Source: Candidatus Culexmicrobium cathedralense
GTDB taxonomy: Archaea; Thermoproteota; Methanomethylicia; Culexarchaeales; Culexmicrobiaceae
Direction of reading: 5' to 3'
NCBI GenBank assembly: GCA_025061115.1
Contig: JANZKC010000001.1
Location: 256,001-320,000, forward strand
DNA length: 64,000 nucleotides
Shown: positions 1-9,663 of the stretch, piece after piece
Layout: each line of letters starts with the position of its first letter
Position numbering within the stretch: the first letter of the stretch is position 1
Notes under the pieces: model-generated
Databases searched by the model: none
What the model was told of the DNA's origin: nothing
What the model saw: the letters and a program-made list of their open reading frames with translations, nothing else
Program-made: the position numbers and the translations under genes

Positions 1-1
1 T

Positions 2-1282
2 GAGCAGCTAACGCCCAAAATAGCCTATATAATCGCAAACGCATATGCCAAGGCCATTCAACCAAGAATAGTTCTCATAGGGAGAGATACCAGGCTATCA
101 GGCTCAGCACTAAAAAATGCAGCAATTGCAGGCCTCACCTCGGCAGGCGTAGATGTTATAGACGTAGACGTAGCACCTACACCAGCAATACTCTTTGGCG
201 TAAGGCTGCTGAACTGCGATGGCGGCATAATAATATCAGCATCTCACAATCCACCGGAGTGGAATGCCATAAAGCTTGCAGGTAGAGAAGGACTGCTCTT
301 AACTTCAAGTCAAGTAGACAAGATTATAAGCGAATTAGATAAGGAGGAAATCTCGCCCAGGCAAGGGACAGTTAGGAAGCTAGATATAACCGAAAAGTAT
401 ATTGAGGAACTAATTAAGCACGTAGACAAGGAAGCAATCGGAAAAGCGCAATTAAAAGTTGTTGTAGATCCTGGAGGAGGAGCAGCATCACATACAACGC
501 CCAAGCTACTCGCAAAATTGGGATGCAAAGTCATAACAATAAATTCAACACCCGGCCTTTTCACTCGAAAAATTGAGCCAACCCAAGACTCCCTAAAGGA
601 TTTGCAAATTACAGTTAAAGCTGTAGGAGCAGACGCAGGATTCGCACATGACTGCGATGCTGATAGGATAGCATGCGTTGATGAAAAGGGAAATGCGGTT
701 AGAGAGGACTATGGAGTAGCAGTTGCAGTAAATCACGAACTAGCAGTTGAAGGGCATAAAAAGCTAGTGGTCAACATAGCCTCATCAAAAGTATTTGAAG
801 ATATAGCAGAAATGCATGGAGCCGAGATTTACTGGAGCAAAGTAGGAGAAGCAAACGTGGTTAGGAAGATGATTGAAGTAGACAGCGAAATTGGCGCTGA
901 AGGAAGCAGCGGAGGATTAATCATTAAGAAATTCCACCTAGCAAGAGATGGAGCGTTAGCTGCAATCAAAATCCTCGAAGCCATGGCAAAAAGCGGAGAA
1001 AAACTTTCAAAACTCATTGGGAAGCTACCCACATACTATTTAAGCAAGGCATCACTGCCATGCCCCCCAGAAAGGATTGCGGAGAAAATCGAGAAAATCG
1101 CTAAAAGGTGGAGTAGAATAGCAAGAATAGACTTAACCGATGGAATTAAAATAATTGGTGAAAGCTGGTGGATATTGGTGAGACCCTCAAAAACAGAGCC
1201 AGTCATTAGAATTATGACTGAAGCTAAAAGCAAGGAGGAAGCTTCAAAACTGCTGAAAGAAGTCGTTGACATGGTCAAGTAA
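2..1282 (+). CDS. Alpha-D-phosphohexomutase (phosphoglucosamine mutase / PMM-PGM), 5'-truncated by window edge
   Basis: Frame is open from base 2 into the 518..1282 ORF; GRDTR, SASHNP phosphoserine loop, DCDADR metal loop, RPSKTEP. Confidence 0.93.
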   Translation, partial: EQLTPKIAYIIANAYAKAIQPRIVLIGRDTRLSGSALKNAAIAGLTSAGVDVIDVDVAPTPAILFGVRLLNCDGGIIISASHNPPEWNAIKLAGREGLLLTSSQVDKIISELDKEEISPRQGTVRKLDITEKYIEELIKHVDKEAIGKAQLKVVVDPGGGAASHTTPKLLAKLGCKVITINSTPGLFTRKIEPTQDSLKDLQITVKAVGADAGFAHDCDADRIACVDEKGNAVREDYGVAVAVNHELAVEGHKKLVVNIASSKVFEDIAEMHGAEIYWSKVGEANVVRKMIEVDSEIGAEGSSGGLIIKKFHLARDGALAAIKILEAMAKSGEKLSKLIGKLPTYYLSKASLPCPPERIAEKIEKIAKRWSRIARIDLTDGIKIIGESWWILVRPSKTEPVIRIMTEAKSKEEASKLLKEVVDMVK

Positions 1283-1327
1283 TATATACAATTGCACTAA
1301 ATAGTAAACTAGTAGAATAGCAACCTG

Positions 1328-2308
1328 ATGTGCAAAACCATGAGCATGAAGGAAGAAATAAGAATATTAGAGGTATCGTCAGGCGACTACAACATCGAAT
1401 TGACAAGCTCAAAACTAAAAATAAAGTCAGGCCCACTTCAAGATCCATTCATCAAGCTATTTAGATTCACGGATTTCTACAAAACCCCATTTAAAAGAAG
1501 TATTCTCTGGACAGTCAACATCGAAGAAATACCTGTAAAAAACATAAAGTCCATTTCCATAGAGCGAGACAAGCTCAAAATCACTTGGACAAAAGAGGAG
1601 AATAAGCGCATGAAGCAGAATGAAACTAAAATCAGGTTGAAGCCATATCAAGCAAAAATACTCAAGGAAGCCATTCTAAAGCTAATTAAGGGCGAAGACC
1701 CATTAAAGCTCGCCACGGAGTACTCCAAGTACGCCCTAGGCTACTTCAAAGTAATTGAAGATGAAAAATGCATAATAATAGTGCGCGAAAGCACCATTGA
1801 AATTCAAGACCCAGAAATATACAAAATAGCGTATGGCAGAATACCACTAATAGCACCAACACCAGCCATCATGCAAGCAACCCGCCTATATGCTGAAAAA
1901 ATACCATTAGATGAAATTTCAAAACTCGAATTGGCAAAAAGGCCAAGTAGAGATGGAGCATATATCGTCGAATTTAAGCTTAGAGGCGGAAGAGAGAAGA
2001 AAGTAAAATTCAAAAGCAAATCAAAAGCTGAAGAGCTACTTGAAGTTGTAAATAGAATTATAGAAGCTAGAAAGGCCATAAGAAGAATTGCAGGAGAGGA
2101 GCGAACTCCCATACCCGGCAGAAGCCTTCAACCAACAGATGAATGGAAAAGAAAAATCTTCGAAGATGCAGCCAGCTTTCTGGCGCTCTTCATGATAATA
2201 TACATTATGTTAACAGAACTCGTTGCAAAATCACTTCTAACAATGCTCCTCAGCATTGCAGCAGCATTAGCAGCAACAGTAATCCTGAAAAGAATTAGAG
2301 GAGACTAA
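1328..2308 (+). CDS. Hypothetical membrane protein: two PH-like beta domains plus two C-terminal TM helices; paralog of 61151..62092
   Basis: 326 aa ORF; repeated IPxxxI...xxA..L pattern; hydrophobic C-terminal pair; colinear similarity to the 61151 ORF. Confidence 0.7.
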   Translation: MCKTMSMKEEIRILEVSSGDYNIELTSSKLKIKSGPLQDPFIKLFRFTDFYKTPFKRSILWTVNIEEIPVKNIKSISIERDKLKITWTKEENKRMKQNETKIRLKPYQAKILKEAILKLIKGEDPLKLATEYSKYALGYFKVIEDEKCIIIVRESTIEIQDPEIYKIAYGRIPLIAPTPAIMQATRLYAEKIPLDEISKLELAKRPSRDGAYIVEFKLRGGREKKVKFKSKSKAEELLEVVNRIIEARKAIRRIAGEERTPIPGRSLQPTDEWKRKIFEDAASFLALFMIIYIMLTELVAKSLLTMLLSIAAALAATVILKRIRGD

Positions 2309-2331
2309 TACAGCATAAGCGGAGGTCAAAC

Positions 2332-3303
2332 ATGATTAGTTTGCTGGTTTGGCTCTGCACCTACAACTGCAACTTAAACTGCACCCACTGCTACATTAAA
2401 GGTAGAAGCTCAAATGAGATTAACACTGAAAATGCAATGAGGCTAATCAGCCAAGTTGCAGAAATTATGCCTAGGCACTTCTCGATTAGCGGAGGCGAAC
2501 CGCTAACAAGAAAAGATATATTCAAATTGCTAGAAGCATGTCAAAGCTACATGCTAAATACAAGCATAGTCACCAATGGCATGTTGCTAGGAGAGGCTGA
2601 AGCTGAAAAGCTCGCCAAACTGGACATACATGTTTACATAAGCCTAGACGCAGCGACAAAAGAAACCGCAAGCCTAATAAGAGGAGTAAAAGCTTGGAAC
2701 TCAGCATTAAAAGCCATCAAAAACATGAGTAAAGCAGGAGTTAAATTCTCAACGATAATGACAATTACCCCCGAAAATTACTTAGAAGCAGGCAAATTCG
2801 TCGAGCTTTCAGCCGAAGTGAAAGCAAGCCACGCATCCCTAATACCCATGATACCAAGCGGGGCAGCAGCAAAAAGAGAGTTAAAGTCGCACCAGCTACT
2901 TATGGCATTTAGGCAAGCAGAGGAAAAAGCCGACGAACTAGGTTTTCCCATTAGCTTTTGGTGCTCGCCATACTTGAAGTGGATTAAAAAGTCAAAGTAC
3001 ATTTACATAGGAGGATGTCCAGACAATGCGATCGACATAGATCCTGAAGGAAACACACTATTGTGCGATGTGCTCCAAATAAAAATAAACAATGCACTTA
3101 AACTTGGATTAAAACGCGCAATAAAAGAGTACATGAGCCACCCAATATCGCAGATGTTCAAGAATCCTTCCGCACTTAAAGGAAAGTGCAAAAACTGTCA
3201 GTATAAGGAAAAATGCGGAGGAGGATGCAGAGCAAGAGCATACTTAAAATCTGGCGATTTCTTTAGCTCAGACCCTCTATGCCCACTAACCAAGCAGGCA
3301 TGA
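2332..3303 (+). CDS. Radical SAM protein with SPASM domain (NirJ/AhbC/PqqE-like)
   Basis: CNLNCTHC (CX3CX2C), SGGEP, C-terminal CKNC...CGGGCRARAY...DPLC. Confidence 0.9.
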   Translation: MISLLVWLCTYNCNLNCTHCYIKGRSSNEINTENAMRLISQVAEIMPRHFSISGGEPLTRKDIFKLLEACQSYMLNTSIVTNGMLLGEAEAEKLAKLDIHVYISLDAATKETASLIRGVKAWNSALKAIKNMSKAGVKFSTIMTITPENYLEAGKFVELSAEVKASHASLIPMIPSGAAAKRELKSHQLLMAFRQAEEKADELGFPISFWCSPYLKWIKKSKYIYIGGCPDNAIDIDPEGNTLLCDVLQIKINNALKLGLKRAIKEYMSHPISQMFKNPSALKGKCKNCQYKEKCGGGCRARAYLKSGDFFSSDPLCPLTKQA

Positions 3304-3364
3304 TGTTTCAAGCATAACTCGCAACCAACCAAGTTAAATACATATTAAAGTCAAATAAACTGCG

Positions 3365-4294
3365 ATGCACGCCGAATATGGAGCTCAAAGCGAATATGGC
3401 AAGCTAGTTAAAGCAATCATGCACGTCCCAGGAGAAGAGATAAACTTAGTTAATGGAGAGAATCGAAGGGACTACCTATTTAGAGAAGTTCCAGACTTGG
3501 AAAAGCTTAGGGAGGAACACTACAAGCTCATGAAAACCTTGAAAGACGAAGGCGTTCAAATAATCCTGCTAGAAGAGGTGCTAAAAGGCACCGACCTTAT
3601 GGAAATAATTGAAATGTGCCCAAACGCCTTCTTCACAAGAGACACTGGAACAGTAACAAAACTTGGAGCAATAATTGGAAGAATGGCCAAGCCATGTAGA
3701 GCAGCTGAACCAATAATAATGATGGAAGCTCTAAAGAGAATTGGAGTTCCAATAACACTTAAGGTCGAAGCTCCAGCCACATTTGAAGGGGGAGATGCCG
3801 TCTGGCTAGGCGAAGAAACTCTAATGATTGGATATGAAACGAGAACGAGCGAAGATGCAGTAAATCAAATAGCAAAGCTAGTTCTAGGAAAAGCAGTAGA
3901 AAAGGTAATAGCAGTTCCATTAACCAAGGACAGAGTTCACCTCGATGGAACTCTAATGATACTCTCCAAAGAAGTAGCAGTCTCAAGAGTAGAAGGCATA
4001 TCCACCTACCCAAGCAAGATCTACAGCAAAGAAGGAGTAAAGCTAATCAACCTACTAAACTGGCTTGAAAAACAAGGATATGAAGTAATCAGAGTAAGCA
4101 ATAGGGATGATAGGCTCTTCGGAGCAAATCTACTATGCATTGGAGATGGCAAAATCCTATCATACGAGTGGAATAGGAGAGTCATAAAAGAACTTGAGAA
4201 AAGAGGATTCGATGTAATTGGAATTGAAGGTTATGAGCTTATAAAGGCCGGCGGTGGACTCCACTGCATGGTCCTACCAATACTAAGAAAGTAA
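3365..4294 (+). CDS. Arginine deiminase / amidinotransferase family protein
   Basis: SEYGKL start, FTRD, EGGD, HLD, GGGLHCM catalytic motifs. Confidence 0.88.
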   Translation: MHAEYGAQSEYGKLVKAIMHVPGEEINLVNGENRRDYLFREVPDLEKLREEHYKLMKTLKDEGVQIILLEEVLKGTDLMEIIEMCPNAFFTRDTGTVTKLGAIIGRMAKPCRAAEPIIMMEALKRIGVPITLKVEAPATFEGGDAVWLGEETLMIGYETRTSEDAVNQIAKLVLGKAVEKVIAVPLTKDRVHLDGTLMILSKEVAVSRVEGISTYPSKIYSKEGVKLINLLNWLEKQGYEVIRVSNRDDRLFGANLLCIGDGKILSYEWNRRVIKELEKRGFDVIGIEGYELIKAGGGLHCMVLPILRK

Positions 4295-4357
4295 TAGCAC
4301 ATTCATGCAAAAGCTTAATATGCCAAGTTAAATCAACTTAACCACCGTGACGAGGCC

Positions 4358-5188
4358 ATGCTGGAGCTCATGACAACCGGCGTAATAGCACTATTCACAG
4401 GGCTAATATCATCAATGCTAGGCATTGGAGGCGGAGTAATACTGGTTCCAACATTCAACTTGATAGTAGGCTTACCAATAAGAAAAGCCATTGGAACAAC
4501 AAAGTTCCTAATACTATTCACATCAACATCATCAGCATTAGCTCACTTCAGGTTTAAGAGAATAGACTGGAAAATCGGATTAATATTAGAGGCAATGGCA
4601 ATTCCAGGATCAATAATAGGAGTACAATTAGTTCAAATACTTCAGCCTGCAGTTTTAAAGCTAATTTTAGGGTCAATTCTAATCATAGCAAGCATAAACA
4701 TGGCAAGGAAAAAGCGAGGCAAAAGCAGCCACAAAACTAGGAAAGAAGGAATATTAAAGACGAAGATGATCACCAAAGACGGCAAAACATATGAGTACGC
4801 ATTTTCAGTCAGCAGAATAATCACAGGACTTCTATTAAGCTTCATAGCTGGCCTAGTAGCTGGAATAACAGGCTTAGGAGGGGGAGTTGTCAACGTCCCA
4901 CTAATGAACCTAGTTCTAGACATGCCAATTCACATTTCAACAGCAACCTCCTCATTCATGATAATGCTCACAACACCTCCAACAGCAGCAGTTCACGCAA
5001 TGCTAAACCACATAGATTACCTAAAAGCACTAGTAGCAATACCAGGAATACTCATTGGAACCCAAGTTGGAGGAAAAATTGTGGGAAAAGTCAAGTCCAC
5101 AACACTGAAAAGAATGTTCGCCGCATTAATCACAACATCGGCAATAAAAATGATATACGATGGAGCAACCATGCTAGGAGCAATATAA
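4358..5188 (+). CDS. Sulfite exporter TauE/SafE family membrane protein
   Basis: Duplicated GIGGG/GLGGG...P motifs, about 8 TM segments. Confidence 0.88.
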   Translation: MLELMTTGVIALFTGLISSMLGIGGGVILVPTFNLIVGLPIRKAIGTTKFLILFTSTSSALAHFRFKRIDWKIGLILEAMAIPGSIIGVQLVQILQPAVLKLILGSILIIASINMARKKRGKSSHKTRKEGILKTKMITKDGKTYEYAFSVSRIITGLLLSFIAGLVAGITGLGGGVVNVPLMNLVLDMPIHISTATSSFMIMLTTPPTAAVHAMLNHIDYLKALVAIPGILIGTQVGGKIVGKVKSTTLKRMFAALITTSAIKMIYDGATMLGAI

Positions 5189-5225
5189 CATAAAGTAAAT
5201 TAAAGCCATCGCAAAAAATAAAACG

Positions 5226-5786
5226 ATGACAAGGAAAATAAAGATACTAGTCCAGCCGATCGGAAATGTCGATGAAAAAAGCATTAATAGACTAATCGAC
5301 GACCTAAATTCAAAAATAGAATTTTTCTCAGCTTCCCCATCAAATCTCCAATTCTCCATACCACCCGAAGCCTACAATCCACTTAGAAAGCAATACTACT
5401 CACCAGTAATTCTAAGAAAACTTTGCGAAAAACTGATGGACGAGCCATTCAACAGAATTCTAGGCGTAGCCGACATAGACCTCTACGTTGAAGGCTTAAA
5501 CTTCATCTTTGGAGAAGCCCAATTCAAAGGCAAATGCGCAATCATAACCCTATATAGGCTCAAGCCAGAATTCTACGGAGAAGAAAGAAATGACGAACTA
5601 TTATATGAAAGAGCACTTAAAGAGGCCGTGCACGAAATAGGACATACATTAGGGCTAAACCACTGCCCAAACAAGATCTGCGTGATGCATTTCAGCAACA
5701 GCATATGGGATACAGACATTAAAAGCTACAAATACTGTAAAAGCTGCAAAAACAAGCTTCTAAATTTTATCAGCCAAATGAAGTAG
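5226..5786 (+). CDS. amzA: Archaemetzincin Zn-metalloprotease
   Basis: HEIGHTLGLNHC...CVMHFSNS...CKSC. Confidence 0.93.
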   Translation: MTRKIKILVQPIGNVDEKSINRLIDDLNSKIEFFSASPSNLQFSIPPEAYNPLRKQYYSPVILRKLCEKLMDEPFNRILGVADIDLYVEGLNFIFGEAQFKGKCAIITLYRLKPEFYGEERNDELLYERALKEAVHEIGHTLGLNHCPNKICVMHFSNSIWDTDIKSYKYCKSCKNKLLNFISQMK

Positions 5787-5961
5787 CACTTTAAAGCAGC
5801 ATTCCAACTTGAAGAATTATACTAGTCGAATTCATGCAAAGCCTAAAAGTAGTCAAATTAAAATGGTAAAAACCTTCAAAGGCTTATTAAAGCCTTCCAA
5901 AACTTCACAACATCAACCAAAACCATCAAAATCAATGCATCAAACAAAGCTAATTACGCAA

Positions 5962-6420
5962 TTATACAACACCTCGAATTCCCTGAATACATTTACGTAT
6001 AATCTCAATTAACTCTTCATACTCGGCATTTGAAAGAACTTTTTCATCATGAGGCTCAGCCCAAATAGGTCTACCCCAAAGCGGGTCAGACTTAAATCTA
6101 GGAATCAAATGCCAATGCAAGTGAGGAACAACATTACCTAAAACAGCATAATTCATCTTGTCAGGCTTAAGCGCCGATTTCAATGCACGAGCAACCACAA
6201 TCATATCCTCAAAGAAGGCAGCTCGCTCATCTTCAGACAAATTGTACAGCTCAACTTCATGCCACTTCAAAACCAGCAAGCACCTACCGTAAAAATATTG
6301 ATCACGATGCAGAGCGGCAACTGAAACCTTTAAATCGCATATCTTAAGAGGAAAGCCATCTTGAAGCAATCTACAGAAAACGCAACTCGAATCATACTTC
6401 CAATTCATCTTCATCACCAC
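5962..6420 (-). CDS. HIT family hydrolase
   Basis: CVFC and VPHLHWHLIPR histidine triad. Confidence 0.9.
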   Translation of the reverse strand: MVMKMNWKYDSSCVFCRLLQDGFPLKICDLKVSVAALHRDQYFYGRCLLVLKWHEVELYNLSEDERAAFFEDMIVVARALKSALKPDKMNYAVLGNVVPHLHWHLIPRFKSDPLWGRPIWAEPHDEKVLSNAEYEELIEIIRKCIQGIRGVV

Positions 6421-6598
6421 GCAAATTATAGCAACAAAGAATCAATATACATTATGCAAATTAAGCTACCTCCAACGCGAAATGCCATTAAGTCGTGGTA
6501 CGAATTTGAGATAGTGAAGGGAAATCCAAAGCGGCCGAAAGAAAACTTAAAAACCAATTAGATTAACTAATAAATAAAATAAACTTAAACATACATCG

Positions 6599-7210
6599 GT
6601 GACAAAAATGGAATTTATGCAAGTAGTTAATGAAAGAGCGTCAGTGAGAATGTTCACACAAGAAGAAGTTAACGAAGAGGACTTGAAGAAGATATTGAAT
6701 GCAGCTATAAGAGCTCCAACAGCCTTTGGAGCTGAACAGTGGTTTTTCATAGTGGTTAAAAGCAAAGAATTGAGAATGAAGATCCACGAATTAATGCTAA
6801 AGGCGCACTTAGAGTACTACGAGAAAGCTAGGCTAAAAAGAATTAGTGAAGCAGGAAGGAAAAAGCTAATTGAAAGATTTGCAAGTGGGCTGCACCTCGC
6901 TCCAATTTACATTGCAGTCTACGCAGACCTAACCAATAGGGTTCTTCAAGACGAATACAAATGGCTTGAAGAAACATTGGCTGAGCAAAGTGCGTGCGCA
7001 GCAATTGAAAACATGATACTAGCAGCTCACAGCTTAGGCTATGGAACATGCTGGATTGGATTAGCACTACTGGTTGAAAACAAGCTAAAAGAGCTATTAA
7101 AGCCTCCAGAAAACTCCAAGCTAATAACAATAATATCCTTAGGAAAACCTGCAGGAGAGATCAAGCCTAAACCGAGAAAGCAGTTGGAAGAAGTAGTCAA
7201 AATAATTTAA
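6599..7210 (+). CDS. Nitroreductase family protein
   Basis: RASVRMF, RAPTA, ENMILAAHSLGYGTCWIG. Confidence 0.9.
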   Translation: MTKMEFMQVVNERASVRMFTQEEVNEEDLKKILNAAIRAPTAFGAEQWFFIVVKSKELRMKIHELMLKAHLEYYEKARLKRISEAGRKKLIERFASGLHLAPIYIAVYADLTNRVLQDEYKWLEETLAEQSACAAIENMILAAHSLGYGTCWIGLALLVENKLKELLKPPENSKLITIISLGKPAGEIKPKPRKQLEEVVKII

Positions 7211-7902
7211 TTTAAATACTTACCAGTACGGGAAGCACACCTACACACCTTTTTCAAGGGACAAGATGCACAAAGTGGATTTCTAGCTTTACAATACCTT
7301 CTTCCAAGAGCAATTAATAGCAGGTGAGCGTCCAAGTAGCTTGAAGGAGGGAAGAACTTCATAAGGGAAATTCTAGTTTGCTCATAATTAGCATTTTGAG
7401 CAACTATTCCAAGTCTCTTAGAAACTCTATTTACGTGAGTATCAACTGGAAAGGTGGGGGCATCAGCTGCAAATAATAAAATTACATCTGCAGTCTTCCT
7501 ACCAACTCCAGGCAAGCTAATTAAAAGCTCTCTAGCCTTCTCTAAAGGATAATCGAATATTTTTCTTAAATCACCGTCAAATCTCTCTAAAATAGCCCTT
7601 GAAACCTCCCTGATAATTATAGCTCTCTTCTTATACATTCCAGCAATCTTAATGGCATTTTCAATCTCCCCAACAGGAGCAAACGATAAAGACTTGGGAT
7701 TAATTTCAAACTTCTTAGACAAGTTGTTGAAGGCTCTAATTGCATTTTTATCGGAAGTGTTCTGAGTTAAAATCGTCATGATCAACAGTTGAAATGGATC
7801 TTTAAACTTCAAGGCGATCTTCAATGCAGCAAAATCATCAACACTAACAAACAATTTCTCCTTCAAAACGTCAAGAACGAATTTTGAGTCAACACTTATC
7901 AT
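7207..7902 (-). CDS. nth: Endonuclease III (HhH-GPD, 4Fe-4S)
   Basis: LPGVGRKTAD, VDTHV, CX6CX2CX5C cluster. Confidence 0.93.
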   Translation of the reverse strand: MISVDSKFVLDVLKEKLFVSVDDFAALKIALKFKDPFQLLIMTILTQNTSDKNAIRAFNNLSKKFEINPKSLSFAPVGEIENAIKIAGMYKKRAIIIREVSRAILERFDGDLRKIFDYPLEKARELLISLPGVGRKTADVILLFAADAPTFPVDTHVNRVSKRLGIVAQNANYEQTRISLMKFFPPSSYLDAHLLLIALGRRYCKARNPLCASCPLKKVCRCASRTGKYLN

Positions 7903-8040
7903 TACCGTTCAAACCCCCAACTAAAATTGAACAAAATACTTAATAAAGCAATAAACTAAAGGTTGAAAAGCATCATGAAAATACATCAGCATAAATTAAA
8001 CCAGTAATTTTATATCTTCTCGTGAATAGGTGAAAGTGAA

Positions 8041-8367
8041 ATGAAGCCAAGATGCGAAGAAATATCTCGAGTAATTGTACCCTCAATAAGAGCTCTAATT
8101 GCAAAAATTCTCATTGAAAAATTCAATTTCACCCAAATCCAAGCGGCAAAAGCGCTAGGAGTTTCACAAGCAGCAATAAGCTACTACTTAAGGTCTAAGC
8201 GTGGGAAAAAAGCAATTGAAGCCATAAGTAAATGCAATGCAATAAGGAAGATCGAAGAAATCGCCCAAGAAATTGCCAATGGAAATTTAAGAGAAGAAGC
8301 TGAAGAAATTTTTTGCAAAGTTTGCCGGGAAGTAGTTAAAGAAATAGATGTTAACCAATTAATTTAA
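8041..8367 (+). CDS. Archaeal HTH transcriptional regulator
   Basis: PRCE...TQIQAAKALGVSQAAISYYL..KRG, C-terminal CxxC. Confidence 0.82.
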   Translation: MKPRCEEISRVIVPSIRALIAKILIEKFNFTQIQAAKALGVSQAAISYYLRSKRGKKAIEAISKCNAIRKIEEIAQEIANGNLREEAEEIFCKVCREVVKEIDVNQLI

Positions 8368-8500
8368 AATGCTCAATCTTACACCAGGTGTACTTTAAAA
8401 TCCAAAATATAAAAAAGTTTGAATTTAAGAATTTACTATCAACAAAAAATATTTTATAGGTAAATATTGTAATTTTATTATAGAAAAGCGGTGGAATAAT

Positions 8501-9298
8501 ATGTCAATTTACTTAGACTTACCATTATTAATAGACACAAAAGGAAGAGAAGTATATCTATTTCTAGTCGAATTGAAAGATGTTCCAGGAGCACTTGAAA
8601 AACTCACAAATATAATCTCCGGCAACAACGTAGACATTAGATCCGCCATTTTAATTCCATCAATTGAAAAGCAAGAAGTAGGACACATCCTAATCTACCT
8701 AGATTTTACTCACACACGAGTTGACCCTTCAACCTTATCCGAGGAATTAAGGGAATTAGATGTAGTTAATTGGGTTAAATACATTAAACCTCAATACAAT
8801 AATTTAATAGTAAATACTTTTAGCTTCCCAATTGCAATAATGGGAGAAAAAGCATTACTATTTAGAGCTGAATGGCTAAGAGAGCTTTTTAAGAGACTAT
8901 TAAAGCGATTTGGAAGCGGAGGAAAAGCATTCCTATTCTACATGGGATTTGAAGGTGGAAGAAGCTCAGCAATCCACCTCAAAAACAAAACAAACTTGAC
9001 TGGAAGAAGCCTTGTAGAAGCAATTCTCAAGATAATGCAAGCAATGGGCCATGGAATATTTGAGCTAGAAAAATGTAGCTTAGAACCCCTAGAAATCGTA
9101 ATTAAAGCTAAAGAACTCTATGAATGCGCATCAAACGAAACTATAGAAGAGGGAGGGAGCCAATTCATCAGAGGATTCTTAAGCGGAGTACTAAGCGAAG
9201 CATTCAAAATGGACTTACTAGCAATCGAAGTAAAATGCCAATCCAAAGGAGACGAGTGCTGCGAATTCCACGTACAAAAAACAAATTACGGTAAATGA
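8501..9298 (+). CDS. ACT-domain plus V4R-domain ligand-sensing protein
   Basis: N-terminal ELKDVPGAL (ACT); C-terminal EC...RGFLSG...EVKCQSKGDECCEF (V4R). Confidence 0.85.
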   Translation: MSIYLDLPLLIDTKGREVYLFLVELKDVPGALEKLTNIISGNNVDIRSAILIPSIEKQEVGHILIYLDFTHTRVDPSTLSEELRELDVVNWVKYIKPQYNNLIVNTFSFPIAIMGEKALLFRAEWLRELFKRLLKRFGSGGKAFLFYMGFEGGRSSAIHLKNKTNLTGRSLVEAILKIMQAMGHGIFELEKCSLEPLEIVIKAKELYECASNETIEEGGSQFIRGFLSGVLSEAFKMDLLAIEVKCQSKGDECCEFHVQKTNYGK

Positions 9299-9400
9299 AT
9301 AGTAAAGTTGAAGAAGCATCCGCAATTTTCATGTGCATGCAAGATAAAAGCAAAGTAGAGAAAATACCGCAAGAAAATAGGCACCGAGCGAGATGCAAAA

Positions 9401-9595
9401 ATGAAGCTAGGTAAAAAGACTCCAAACGGCTTTTACATCATAATTGCCAGGAGAGAAGCAGAAAAATACCTTAAAGAAAATAATAACGTTAAATTGGAAT
9501 CTATAGGTGACATCATAATTATAAAAACCAAATCTCGAAATACTGCTAAAAAGATTCTTGAAAAACTTCGGAATAGAAACCTCCTACTACCTTAG
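9401..9595 (+). CDS. Small hypothetical protein
   Basis: 64 aa ORF with protein-like composition; no motif recognised. Confidence 0.5.
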   Translation: MKLGKKTPNGFYIIIARREAEKYLKENNNVKLESIGDIIIIKTKSRNTAKKILEKLRNRNLLLP

Positions 9596-9663
9596 AATCT
9601 AAATCCCGAGAACCAAAAGTTGCTGAACAATAAAAGCCAATGCAGCTTAACATTAGATACTAG

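Noticed and set aside
5879-5896. AAGGCTT-N4-AAGCCTT hairpin between convergent genes
   Set aside because: Short stem that may be chance; archaeal termination does not require hairpins.
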